Below are positions 37,801-52,100 of a DNA stretch of 64,000 bases, piece by piece (the stretch's first letter is position 1; every line of letters begins with the position of its first letter). Under the pieces are notes generated by a model. It was not told where the DNA came from. It searched no databases and was given only the letters and a program-made list of their open reading frames with translations. This DNA comes from Proteromonas lacertae. Taxonomy: Eukaryota. The stretch lies in contig NGBS01000874.1 of the NCBI GenBank assembly GCA_002245135.1, forward strand, positions 124,001 through 188,000, given 5' to 3'. The position numbers were made by a program, and so were the translations under genes.

Positions 37801-40800
37801 GAAGATTATAAACAAGAGTTTGTACAATTCGATTATTTATGGTTACAAGATCAAGATAAAGAGTTTGAGAAATTCTTACATGATGCTACAGATGAAGCTT
37901 ATGGTACAAAAGTCCCATTATTTGAGAAGTTTGATACAGAAATCACTAAATATTCACAAATTAGAGATACAATTACTCATTTAACCTTCACCAACTGATA
38001 TTGGTTGGTTGAGAGTAAATTCATTACCTATTCAAACAAGCTTTAATTACCTGTGTTACAAGATGGATATATTTATACACAAGATACTTAGAATCCTATG
38101 TATTAGATACATTAAACAACTTAGAAACATTTATTAATAATGTTAATAATGGTTTAGCACAGGAAGTCAATGAAGGTGATAAAGAAACATTAAGATCAGT
38201 TATGGGTAGTATTAGAGATGTTAGAGCAAGAGATGAACAAACCAAAGCTTGTTTCGATCCATTAAGAGATGCAGTGAACTTATTAAAGAAACATAATATC
38301 AATTTAGAAGGACAAATGATTGATAGTAAAGATGTAGTTACATACTTAGATGAAGCACCAGTTAAATGGCAAAATACAGTGAATGGATCTTATAAGAAGA
38401 AAGAAGAAATTATGCCATATCAAAATGCTGAAGTTGATAATATTCGTAAAGACACTGATGATTTTTATGATGAAATTAGAGAATTCCAAGCTGAATTCAA
38501 GAAGAATGCACCTTATGGATATAAAGGACCTGTGGATGATGCATATGCTAGAATGCAGGAGTATGCTACAACATTAGTATCGTTACAAGAAAGATCAAAA
38601 CAATTTGCATTATTAGAAGATCTATTTGAATTGAATGCACATAATTATAAAGAAATTGATGATGTAATGACTGAATTAATACAATTAAAGAACTTGTGGG
38701 ATTTCAAAGATATGATTCAATTCATGTTTGATGAATGGGAGCAATCTAAATGGACTGAAATTAACACTGATGATTTAGGTGATAGAACCAGAGAATTATT
38801 AGGTAAATGTCGTCAATTAAGTGCCAGAAATCCAATTATAAAAGCATGGCAAGTTTACAAAGATATTGAAGATATGGTAAAGAATATGAGTGTAGTATTA
38901 CCATTGATTCAATCATTACATAGTCCAGCAATGCAAGATAGACATTGGATACAATTAGCAACAATCTGTAAAGTAGAACCAATCCAACACAAAGATGAGA
39001 ACTTCAACTTGAAAGATGTATTAGCATTAGGACTTCATTTACATGTAGATGATGTTGTAGAATTGGTAGATTGTGCTAATAAAGAACAAAAGATTGAAGG
39101 TAAATTATTGAACATTGAAAAGGCATGGGTATCATTAATCGTACAGTTTGAACAACATAATGATAGTGATGTTATGGTAATCAGAGTACCAGATGAAGTA
39201 GTAGAAACATTAGAAGCACATCAATTAGAATTACAAAGTATGATTTCAATGGGAAGATTCGCTGATTACTTTAGAGAAACAATAGATAAATGGCAAAGAA
39301 CATTAGGTACTGTCGAAACTGTATTGAAGAATTGGATGAGTGTAACACAACAATGGAGTTCATTAGAAAGTATTTATTTACTATCAGAAGATATTGCCCA
39401 ACAATTACCTGATGATACTGCTGCATTTAAAGAAATTGATGTAAAATATAAAGCAATGATGGTTGAAGCTGTAAAGACACCCAATGTTATTGAAATATGT
39501 ACTTATGAAGGAAGATCTGATTTATTAGAGAAAGATATGTTACCTGTATTAGAAAAGTGTCAGAAATCATTGACTGAATATTTAGATACAAAGAAGAAGA
39601 TTTATCCAAGATTCTATTTTGTATCAAATGTTGCTTTATTAGATATGTTATCAAATGGTAATATTCCAAAGAAAATCATGAAACATTTAGGTGATTGTTA
39701 TGCTGCTATTGATAACTTAAGATTTGTAGGTGATAGTGACTTTGATACAGAAGCAATGAATGCTAAGGATGGTGAAGTAGTTGATTTCCCACATCCATTC
39801 CATATTCAAGGTAATGTAGAATGTTGGTTGAATGATTTAACAGATGTTATGATTGAGACATTACAATGTAATATTGATCAATGTATTCAAGCAGGTAGTT
39901 TATGGAGTAGTGAAAAGCCAAGAGATCAATGGTTATTTGAATTCCCTGCACAATCTGTATTAGCTGGTGCTGAAACTTATTGGACTGAAGAAACAGAAAG
40001 AGCATTGAGTGAATTTGAAAATGGTAGTGAAGATGCAGTTAAAGAATATGTAAAAGTATGTACTGCTCGATTAGAATGTTTGATTAAGTTGGTACAAGGT
40101 CAATTAACAGCAGCTGACAGAGTTAAGATTATTGCATTAATTACTATGGATGTCCACAATCGTGATGTAGTTCAGAAATTAGTTACATTAAAAGCAGAAG
40201 GTCCAGCATCATTCCAATGGCAACAACAATTGAGATTCTATTATTTACCAGATCCAAAGAAGTTAATGATTAAAATTACAGATTATGTTACTGAATATTC
40301 ATTTGAGTATGTTGGTAACTTAGAAAGATTAGTCGTTACTCCATTAACTGATAGATGTTATATTACATTGACATTAGCTCTAAGATTGATGTTAGGTGGT
40401 GCTCCAGCAGGTCCAGCAGGTACAGGTAAGACCGAAACTACAAAGGATTTAGCAAGAGCTTTAGCTAGACCAATTTACGTATTCAACTGTTCAGATCAAA
40501 TGAACTATCAAACTATGGCTGATATTTTCAAAGGTTTATCACAAACTGGTGCATGGGGCTGCTTTCGATGAGTTTAATAGAATTGCTATTGAAGTGTTAT
40601 CTGTCGTTGCATCACAAGTTAAACAATGTTTAGGTGCATCCGTTCATTTATCCAATCCAGCAAACAGAGAACCTGAGTTTAAGAATGCATCTATTATTGC
40701 TCCAAATGTAGTTGGTTATTTCCACTTAGATGGTGATAGAATTAGATTGATTCCAACTACTGGATTCTTCATTACTATGAATCCTGGTTATGCTGGTCGT

Positions 40801-43800
40801 ACTGAATTACCTGAGAATGTGAAAGCTTTATTCAGACCATGTGCTATGGTAAAACCTGATTTCCAACCTATTTGTGAAAACATGCTTATGGCTGAAGGTT
40901 TTGTAACTGCTCGTGTATTATCTATCAAGTTCGTTACATTATATTCATTATCCTCTGAATTATTATCTAAACAACACCATTACGATTGGGGTTTAAGATC
41001 TATTAAAGCTGTACTTCGTGTAGCTGGTGGTATGAAGAGAGCTAATCCTGATATGGGTGAAGAAGCTGTATTGATGAGAGCTCTAAGAGATTTCAATACA
41101 CCAAAGATGCCTGTAGCTGATTTACCTATCTTCTTAAGATTGATTCAAGATTTATTCCCTGAGAGTTATAAATTACCAGTGAAATATGATGAAGTATTGC
41201 AAAAGAAAGCTATTGAAGTATGTGAAAATACTGGATTACAACCAGAACATACATTTGTAATGAAGGTTATTCAATATCAAGAATTATTGAATGTACGTCA
41301 CTCTGTATTTATTATTGGACCAGCTGGTTGTGGTAAGACTGCTACATGGAAAACATTATTAGGAACACACAACTTAAATAAAGAAAAACCCGTAGCTATT
41401 GCTAAAGTATTAAATCCAAAAGCTGTTACATCAAATGAATTGTATGGTTATATGACAATGACTAAAGAGTGGAAAGATGGTGTTATTTCTATCATTATGA
41501 GAGGTATGTCTAAGAATATGAAAGAATTAGGTTATCATGCTTATCAAACTGTTAAATGGGTTGTGTTAGATGGAGATATTGATGCTGTATGGATTGAATC
41601 AATGAACACTGTTATGGATGATAATAAAGTGTTGACATTAGTGTCAAATGAGCGTGTTCCATTAACTGAAGCTATGCGTATGATCTTTGAGATTAACACA
41701 TTGAAGAATGCATCACCTGCTACTGTATCTAGAGCTGGTATATTGTTCATTAATGAGACTGATATTGGTTGGAGACCAATGATGGAAAGTTGGGTTGCTA
41801 CAAGACCAAAGATGGAACAAGAAATATTACCATTGTTATTTGAGAAGTATGTAGATACAATAGTTGATAATATGAAATCTCAAATCAAGACAATTATTCC
41901 ATTACGTATTATCAATAAGATATCAACAATATGTAATTTAATGGAAGGTTTCATGCAAGAAATCAAAGAAAAAGATAAAGAATTAATAGAATTATACTTC
42001 ATTCAAGCTACAATTTGGGCATTTGGTGGTGCTACATCCAATGAAAAATTGAATAATTACCGTAAGAACTTCAGTGATATATGGAGAATGTCCTTTACAG
42101 ATAAATACCAATTCCCAACTGAACCAGCACATTCAATTGTATTAGATTTCTATTTAGATCCTGAACAAAGACAATGGATTCATTGGAGTACTAAGGTAGA
42201 TGCATATGAACATCAAGTAATTGGTAGAAATCCAGGTGAGACAATGTTCTTCAATATTGGTGTTAAGACTATTGATACAGTAAGATTACAATACTTATTC
42301 AGAACCTTAACAAAGAATGGTCATGGTGCAATGTTAGTAGGTCCAGCTGGTACAGGTAAAACTAAAGTTATTAAAGACTTCTTAAACAATACAGATGAAA
42401 CATTCTCATTCAGTTGTATTAACATGAACTTCTATACAGATCATGCAGCTTGTCAAGCTTTATTAGAACAAAAAATAGATAAGAGATCAGGTACAAGATA
42501 TGGTCCTCCACCAGGTAAGAAGATGATTTATTTCATTGATGATATGAACATGCCACAAGTGGAAACTTACGGTTCACAAGGTGCTTTAGCTTTATTGACA
42601 TTAGTGATTGATCATGGTATATTGTATGATAGACAAGATCCTAGTTTGAAGAAGACTATTGAAGATATATTAGTAATGGGTGCTATGAATCCAACTGCAG
42701 GTTCATTTACTATTTGTGAACGTTTACAAAGACATTTTGATACATTCAGTATGGATATGCCTACAGTTACTGATTGTAACACAATTTATTCATCTATATT
42801 GAAAGGACATCTAGCTGATTTCCCTAAAGGTATTATCAAATTAGCAGATCCAATTATTAATGCAACATTATCATTACATGAGAAAGTATTGAATAAATTC
42901 TTACCAAGTGCTATTAAATTTGTATACAATTGGAACATGAGAGAATACTCTAATATCATTCAAGGTTTATGTAATACAAGTCATGAATTATATACAGAAC
43001 CAATACAAATGTTGAGATTATGGGTACATGAAGCATTCAGAGTGTTTAGTGATAGATTAATCAATGAAAAAGATATAGAAAAATTCAAAGAAATGTTGAT
43101 TGAAGTAATTAAACAAGTATTTGAAGAAAATCATATTTCAACATCTGATAAATTATTAGAAGAACCATTAATCTATACATCCTTCCATTCACCACAAATG
43201 AGTTATTTACCAATCCCAACAGGTCAAGAAGGTGAAGATTTATTAAGTAATGTATTAATCGCTAAACTAAATGAATATAATGAAAGTAATTCAATTATGG
43301 ATTTGGTGCTATTCAAAGAAGCTATGGAACATGTTACTAGAATTACACGTATATTGAGTCTTACCTGTGGTCATGCATTGTTAGTTGGTGTAGGAGGTAG
43401 TGGTAAACAATCTTTAGCTAAATTAGCATCATTTATATGTGGACATGAAGTGAAACAATTATCTATTTCATCTTCATTTGGTATTTCTGATTTGTTAGAA
43501 TCATTGAAAGAGTTCTATATGTTGGCTGGTGTAAAGAATACATCATTAGTATGGATTGTTACTGATTCACATATTGTTGATGATCATTTCTTAGTATTTA
43601 TTAATGATGTGTTATCAGCTGGTTATGTTCCAAATCTATTCAGTAAAGATGAAATTGAAGGTATATTCCAATCATTAAGAGGTCCAGCTAAAGCAGCAGG
43701 TATATCCAGTGATCCAGTTTCTATGATGGACTTCTTTATTCAAAAGGTGCAAGCTAATCTTCATTTAGTATTGTGTTTCTCACCTGTAGGTGATACATTG

Positions 43801-46800
43801 AGAGTTAGAGCTCGTAGATTCCCTGGTATTATCAACTGTACTGTAATTGATTGGTTCCATGAATGGCCAAAACACGCCTTGATTTCTGTCGCTAATAAGT
43901 TCTTAGCTGAAGTAGATTTAGGTGGTGATGAAGTTAGAGATAATATAGCTAACCATATTGCTGGAGTTCATGTATCTGTGATTGAGAAGTCATTAGTATT
44001 CGCACAGAAGTTAAAGAGATATAATTATGTAACACCAAGATCATTCTTAGAAATGATTGCATTCTATAAGACATTATTAGCTGAAAAGAGAGAAGAAATG
44101 AGAAAACAAATTGAAAGATTATCTGTTGGTTTAGCCACATTACAAAAGACAGCTGCTGATGTTGCAATTTTAAAGGAAGACTTAACCAGAACTATGGTAG
44201 TTGTAGAAGAAAAGAAACAAGCTACAACTGTATTATTAGAAGAGATGGGTTCACAAAAGGCAGAAGCTGAGAAACAACAAGCTGCAGCTAATGTAGAAGC
44301 AGAGAAAGCTAATGCAGCTAGTAAGATTGCCGCTGAAATCGAAGAACAAGCTAGTAGTGAGTTAGCTGAAGCTAAACCTGCTATGGATGCTGCTGCTAAT
44401 GCTGTAGATTGTCTAGATAAGAACAGTTTAACAGAATTGAAGAACTTCACCAATCCACCACAAGGTGTAGATTTAGTTACAAATGCATGTTTGATGATGT
44501 TAAGATCAGATTTTAAGAACTTATCATGGGATAAAGCAAAGAAGATGATGAAAGATGTTGGTGTATTTATGAAAGAATTAAAAGAATATCCAGCTGAAGA
44601 AATGACTGAGAATTTGATTAAGAACTTAACTCCTATTGTACAAAATACAATTTTCACACCTGAGAATATGAAGAATAAATCATCAGCTGCTGCCAACTTG
44701 TGTGAATGGGTTGCTAATATTTATAAATATAATCGTATTTATGTAAAAGTTAAGCCATTAATGGATAGATTAGAAGTTGCTAAAGCTGATAAAGCAAAAG
44801 CTGAAGCAGATTTAGCTGCTGCTATGGAATTAGTTGCAACTGTTGAAGCTAAATTAAAAGAATTACAGGATAAATATCAAACAGCTTTAGAAGAAAAGAA
44901 TAAGGTAGAAGAAGAAGCTGCAGCATGTCAAAAACGTTTAGGTTTGGCTGAACGTTTGGTCAATGGTTTATCCTCAGAAAATACACGTTGGGGATTAGAA
45001 GTAGAGAAATTGAAGCAGAATGAAGTGAATATTATTGGTGATACATTATTATCAGCTGCATTTGCAAGTTATGTTGGTGGATTCGATGCATCCTTTAGAA
45101 CTGAATTATGGAAAGACAATTGGTTAGCTGATTTGAATCAAAGAGAAATACCAACCAGTGATGGTTTAGATCCATTACATATCTTAACAAATGATGGTGC
45201 AATTGCAATTATGGAGAGTCAAGGTTTACCTGCTGATAGAATGAGTATTGAAAATGGTTGTATTTGTAATGCAGCTAAGAGATGGCCATTATTAATCGAT
45301 CCTCAATTACAAGGTATTAAATGGTTAAGAGGTAAATATCCAGAAGCTACTTGTTTACAATTCTCAATGAAGAACTGGCAGAAGAGATTACAAAGTGATA
45401 TTCAAATGGGTAGAACTGTTATATTAGAAAATGTACAAGAAGAAATTGATCATACTTTAGATCCATTATTAGCTAGAGCTGTATATTTGAAAGGTAAAAC
45501 ATTATATTTGAGATTCTGTGGTGAAGAAATTGAATTTGCTAAAGATTTCAGATTGATATTACAATGTAGATTGTCTAATCCACATTATCAACCAGAAATT
45601 CAAGCTCAATGCACTTTAATTAACTTTATTGCTACAGAAAGAGGTTTAGAAGATCAATTATTAGCTAAAGTTGTCAATGAAGAAAAACCAGAGTTAGAAA
45701 AGGAGAAACAAGATTTACAAAAGAAATTGAATGATTATAAGATAAAATTGATTGATTTAGAAGATACATTATTGGATAAATTATCACATGCTCCAGCAGA
45801 TATTTTATCAGATGAACCATTGATTATTGCTTTAGAAGATACAAAGAAGACCGCTGGTGAAATTCAAGAGGCTGTAGTAAAAGCTAAAGAAACTGAAATT
45901 GAAATTAATATCAATCGTGATGCTTATAGAAAGGTTGCATGTGAAGGTGCTATGTTATATTTCATGTTAACTACCTTATGTACTATTGATCATATGTACC
46001 AATATTCATTAGATGCATTCACTACATTCTTCTATAAAGCTATTCATAAGACACCACCACAAGAGAAACAAGAAGATCGTGTAGAAGCATTAAGATCAGT
46101 ATTGCGTTTGACAATCTATACATGGATTAGTAGAGGTCTATACGAAGAACATAAGTTAATTGTGATGACATTATTGACATTCAACTTAATGCAAAGAAAA
46201 GTAATTGAAGTTGAGTATACACAACAACAAATGATATTCTTAAAGAGAGCTCCCACAAAGATTGGTGAAGATAATCAATTAGCATGGTTATCTGCAGGTG
46301 CATGGAATACAGTACAAGCATTAGCTGAAATAGATGAATATAGAAGATTACCTAATGACATGATTGAAGCAAGTGGTAGATTCCAAGAATGGTTTACATC
46401 ACCAGCACCAGAAGATGAGAAATTACCATTAGATTGGAGTGCATTAGATAAGACATTCTTCCAGAAGATGTTGGTAGTAAGAGCTTTAAGACCTGATCGT
46501 ATGACTGCTGCATTGAATCATTTTATTAGAATTACTTTACCACAAGGTGATGATTTTGCAGATTGTGATGCTACTTACAGTTCATTACAAATCTTAGAAC
46601 AATGTTTAGCTGATTCTAATAATGTTACACCAATTTACTTCATCTTAAGTCCTGGTACTGATGTTGCAGCTGATGTTGATAAATTAGCTATTAAGAATGG
46701 TATGGTTATTAATGAAACTTATCACAGTGTATCAATGGGTCAAGGTCAAGATGGTATTGCTATGAATAGATTAGAAGTTGCACATAAAGAAGGTCATTGG

Positions 46801-48408
46801 GTTATATTACATAATGTCCATTTAATGCCAAGATGGTTGGTAGAATTAGAAAAGAAATTAGATGAATTTGCATTAGAAGGAAGTCACGATAATTTCAGAT
46901 TATTCTTAACATCAGATCCTAGTAATACAATTCCAATTGGTATTTTGAATAGATGTATTAAATTGACAAATGAACCACCAACAGGTTTGAAAGCAAACTT
47001 GAAACGTGCATTCTGCTCAATATCAAGAGAAGGTTATGATGAAACTGAAGGTAAAGTAAAATGTATTACATTTGCATTATGTCACTTCCATGCTGTATTA
47101 ATTGAAAGAAAGAAGTTCGGTCCAAAAGGTTTCAATATGATTTATCCATTCAATTTAGGTGATTTAAGAGATAGTAGATCATGTCTATTGAACTATATGA
47201 GTGAGAATAGTTCAGGTAATAATATACCATGGGATGATTTGAGATATATCTTTGGTCAAATTATGTATGGTGGACATATTGTGAATGATTTAGATAGAGT
47301 ATTATGTATGACATACTTAGATTTATTCATGAGAGATGAAATCTTAGATGAAGCTGAGTTATTACCATTCTGTGAACAAGAGAAATTATCATTCAAGATG
47401 CCATTACCTACAACATATGATAAATACATTCAACATATTAATGATAATGTCAAATTTGAAACACCATTAGCTTATGGTTTACATCCAAATGCTGAAATTG
47501 ATTTCAAGACAACTGTTAGTAACAATTTGTTCAAACAATTACAGAACTTAGAATCTCAAGGAGGTGATGCCGGTGATGGTGAAAGTGCACAAACTGAAGC
47601 AGAAGGTGTGTTACAAGATATAATGGAGAAATTCGGTGAAACTTACTTCAATTTAGAAGAATTACCAATTGAAGAGAAAGGACCTTATCAGAATGTATTC
47701 CTACAAGAATGTGAACATATTAATTTCTTATTGGATGAGGTTCGAAGAAGTTTGAATGAATTATCTATGGGTTTTGCTGGTGAATTGACAATGTCTGAAC
47801 AAATGGATAAATTATTTAAAGATTTGTATTTAGGTAAAATCCCTGAATCATGGAGTAATTTAGCATGGCCTTCTATGAGATCATTACCAAGTTGGATTAA
47901 GAATTTAGAGAAACGTATTGAACAATTTAGAAATTGGTGCGGTAGTCCTATGGAGATTCCAGTAGTAACATGGATTAGTGGTTTTGCCAATCCACAATCA
48001 TTCTTAACTGCCATTTTGCAACAAACTGCTCAAAAGTCAGGTCAAGCTTTGGATTGTCTAGTTACACAGACTGAAGTTACAAAATATGAGAATTATGCTG
48101 AAATTGAAGAAAGAAGTAGAGAAGGTGCATTTATTCATGGTTTGTTCTTAGAAGGTGCTAGATGGGATACACAATCTATGATCATTGATAAATCATTACC
48201 AAGAGAGATGTTCTGTAGTATGCCTGTAATTTGTGTAAAAGCTGTTGCTGCTGATAAAGCAGAACAGAATGGCATTTATCAATGTCCAGTATTCAGAACA
48301 GAACAAAGAGGTCCAACTTTCGTCTGTTTTGCTCAATTAAGAACTAAATCACCAGCTGCTAGATGGGTATTGGCTGGTGCAGCTATGATTATGGATATTG
48401 TTGAGTAA
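34817..48408 (+). CDS. Axonemal outer-arm dynein beta-type heavy chain (DNAH9/11/17, ODA4-like), ~4,505 aa
   Basis: ATG 34817, introns 34838-34867 and 34972-35011, four +1 frameshifts (~37560, ~37983, ~38038, ~40564). P-loops GPAGTGKT, GPAGCGKT, GPAGTGKT, GVGGSGKQ. Beta-type LQVNFDPELVRLLREVKYF and C-terminal RGPTFV..AQLRTK..AARWVLAG. Confidence 0.95.
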
Positions 48409-48635
48409 TTAATAATAATAATGAAATATATTTTTCATTTTTATTAATACAATGATGTTTGTATTTTGGGTTTATAACGACTATAATTTTTATAAACAAA
48501 AAGATCAAAAATAAATATTTGTCAAACAACCCAATCATATTGATTTAACATCAAACTGAAAGCTTGACCTTAATTTTTGAATTGAAATTTTATTCTAACT
48601 TTTCCTAGACATTTCTTTCTAAAGTTTTTAGTTAA

Positions 48636-49058
<423 letters not shown>

Positions 49059-49091
49059 ATGAGTTAAATCTTGTTTTATGAGTTTAAATCA

Positions 49092-49107
49092 GGTGTTTTT
49101 AAGCACC
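49092..49107 (+). promoter_or_regulatory. Histone mRNA 3' stem-loop
   Basis: GGTGTT-TTTA-AGCACC forms a 6-bp stem (one G-U pair) with a 4-nt loop, preceded by AAATCA and followed by ACAAA, 33 nt after the H3 stop. Confidence 0.85.
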
Positions 49108-49176
49108 ACAAACATTTAAAATAGAAATTTATTTCATTTAATTCAAATGTAGATATAGATATATATGAATAATTAT

Positions 49177-52100
49177 TTATTCTTTGTCATTTTTCTTTTC
49201 TTGATTGACATTATTTTCATCATTAAAATTATATTTGCTATTATTATTATTAGAAGGAGTATAAGGTGAATTCTCACTCATTACCTGAACATTAGGAATT
49301 GTTGGTGTAAATGGACTACTTAATCCTTCATAAGAATAACTATACTGAGGTATTTGACCACAAGGGCTGAATGGCAGATCATTTACATCTATTGAGAGGT
49401 TTAATGCTGTTTGAGTATCTGATTGAGTGATTTCTTTCAAATGATGTATAGAAATTGATCTTCTCAAATCAACTGGATTGTCATGTGATGATAAAGTTGA
49501 TAGTGGAATTGGTTCTATTTGTGGTGTTGAATTATTCTCATCCAAGTGAAATTGTTGTTGTTGTTGTTGTTGTTGTATAGGAGATGGAGTTAGTAATTCT
49601 GATGATGTATCATTTGAAAAGGTATTACTCTCTTCTGTCGAGGAATTAGCATTTACAGAAGTAGAATTATTGTTATTATCATTATCATTATCCTCTTGGT
49701 TTTCATTTTCTTCTTTTATTTCACAATTCTCATTTAATGGTAAAGATGGAATATCTGTGGCAGATATTGTCCTTGTTGTTAAATCTCCAACAGATGTTGG
49801 AATAGGAGGTAATTCTTTAGCACTATTGTTTGTCTCCAATGTATCTGTGGTAGTTGAATTATCATTCCCATAATGAATGTCATTTATTTCAATTTCATTT
49901 TCTTCTTTTTCTTTCTCTTTTTCTTCATCCTTTTCTTCTTCTTCTTCTTCTTCTTCTTCCATTTTCTCTTCATTCTCATCTTTTTCTTTTACTTCGCTCT
50001 CTTCTTCATTACTTTCAAGTTTTCCTTCTTCATTTACTTCACATTCATCATTATATTCTTGTTTATATTCTTTTTCTACATTCTCATCATTCTTCATTAG
50101 ATTATCTTCTTTCTTTTCTTCATTATTCTCTTCTTGATTATTTTCTTCGTCATTTTTCTCTTCATTATTTGCTTCTTTTACCTCATCATCATCATCATCT
50201 TCTTCAGTTGGTCTTGGAGTTTGTTCCTCTTTTATTACTTCAAAACTTTTATTCAATGGAGGTTGATAATCGCTTAATTTCATTTTCATTAATGTCAAAT
50301 CACTAACAGAATGAATCATCTCAGATGTTTCATCTTCATTATCACCTTCTTCTTCACCTTTAACATTAGACACTTTCTTTAGCAATAAACTACTACTACT
50401 ACTTCTAGTTCTATATCCTGTTGGATTATTTTCTAATTCATAATCAAGAACACCTAAATTATCAATTGTTTCACATCTGCTTCTTGAATCTGGACTTTCA
50501 ATTGTATTATTATTAGCAATTTCAGGACTTCTGCTACTATTATCTTCACTAATTTCTTTAAGTGATAAATGTTGTGAAAAATCAACAGGTATGCTCTTTA
50601 TATCTAGCACATTACGATTATAAAAGACCCAATCACCTGTAGAAGGTTCTATTATCCTTTCCTCGATGATGGATGTTTGTACAAGATAGGTTGGCTCTTC
50701 ATCTGGCATTATTATTTCATTGTTTTGATCGGATTTTACTATACTTGGTTCAATAAACACAACACCATGAATATAAGGATCATTAGTATTCAAATAATCT
50801 GAAATAATTGAATATAATTTACATATATGAGGGTTTAAAAGTTTATCTTTTTCATATTTCAACATTATCGAACCAATCTATTGTTAAATATAATGCACTA
50901 GAAAATACAGTTTTTAAATGATCATCAGATAATTCCATCACATTTAACATCATTAAATTTCCTTTGTTATATGTTTCTGGTATTATTGATTTCTTTGATA
51001 ACAATCTTGACTTTCTTATTGGTGCTTCAATTTCTGGAAATGATACAAATGAAGAATTCCAATATAGTCTTGGAACTTCAATTTCTATTAAAAAGAAACA
51101 TTAAAAATATATATATACTTTCAATCTGTTCATTTATTTTATTATACCAAATATCAAGTTCATTTTCATTATCAAATATCATTTCTATATCTGTTGGTTT
51201 TTCTAAGAATAACTGCCATTTTAATATTAATCCACATTTACCTTCTATTTTATCACATGTTATTTGATATAAAAACAATTTCAATTTAGGTAATACATCT
51301 TCATTCTTTGAACTATCTACTGAATAGAATAATATTGCATCATTTATCATTACTGCCTTGCATTTCTTCTTTGATTTCACTATCACATTTTCACATACCA
51401 ACAATGTTTTTGATGACTTTCTTTTTGATAAGAATGGAGTTAAACCCCATTCTAATCTTTTTGATAATATATATAAGCAATAACACAATATTTTCTTTCT
51501 AAAGTTATTATTCAGTAAAAATATCAAAAATGATAATGGTAGTGAATCTTCTAAATGATACTTTTCATCATCTGTTGATAATTGAAAGATCATTAATAAC
51601 AACTCCTCTGAATGTTTTCTAATTGAACTTTCATTGATAATCAAACAGTTCTGAAGTGTGCTGAAGAAGGAGGAGGTTGATCTTAACAAAATGTTTAGGA
51701 ACGATGGTTTAAATAATAAATATTTGTATAACAATAGATATGAAATGTATAGTGATGAATTTGGTTTTTCATTTACAAAGAGTTTAGTGATTAATGGAAT
51801 TATTGATTTAATATATAAATGCGATGTTGAATTATGTACGAATGACGATTCATGGTATAATTGTCTTAAGAAATCAAACAAAAACGGTAATATTGATTTT
51901 GTTGCTAATTCTAATGGATTCTTTGCATCTAAACACTTGTTCAATAACTTTGTAATGACAGTATTATTATTTAATATCTGATATTTGATTGGTACATAAT
52001 AGGCTAACTCAAATAATATATTTAATATCGAAATAATTACTTCAACGTTACAGTGTTTTATAAATTTGGCTAAAAACAAAAATATAGTTGCTACAAATTG

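Noticed and set aside
2123..40571. TGA/TAG stop-codon reassignment or readthrough explaining the broken ORFs
   Set aside because: Homology continues in the +1 frame, not the same frame, after each stop. TAA, TAG and TGA all serve as normal terminators in other genes here.
36050..48014. Antisense ORFs inside dynein (e.g. 44064-44696, 47688-48014) and inside the adhesin, H3 and the giant minus-strand gene
   Set aside because: They are shadows of codon bias or low-complexity sequence on the coding strand, with no recognisable motifs.
34817..48408. Beta dynein as a true pseudogene
   Set aside because: All P-loops and the full length are conserved with no nonsense codons, and the same +1 defects occur in unrelated genes, pointing to a shared technical (or recoding) cause.
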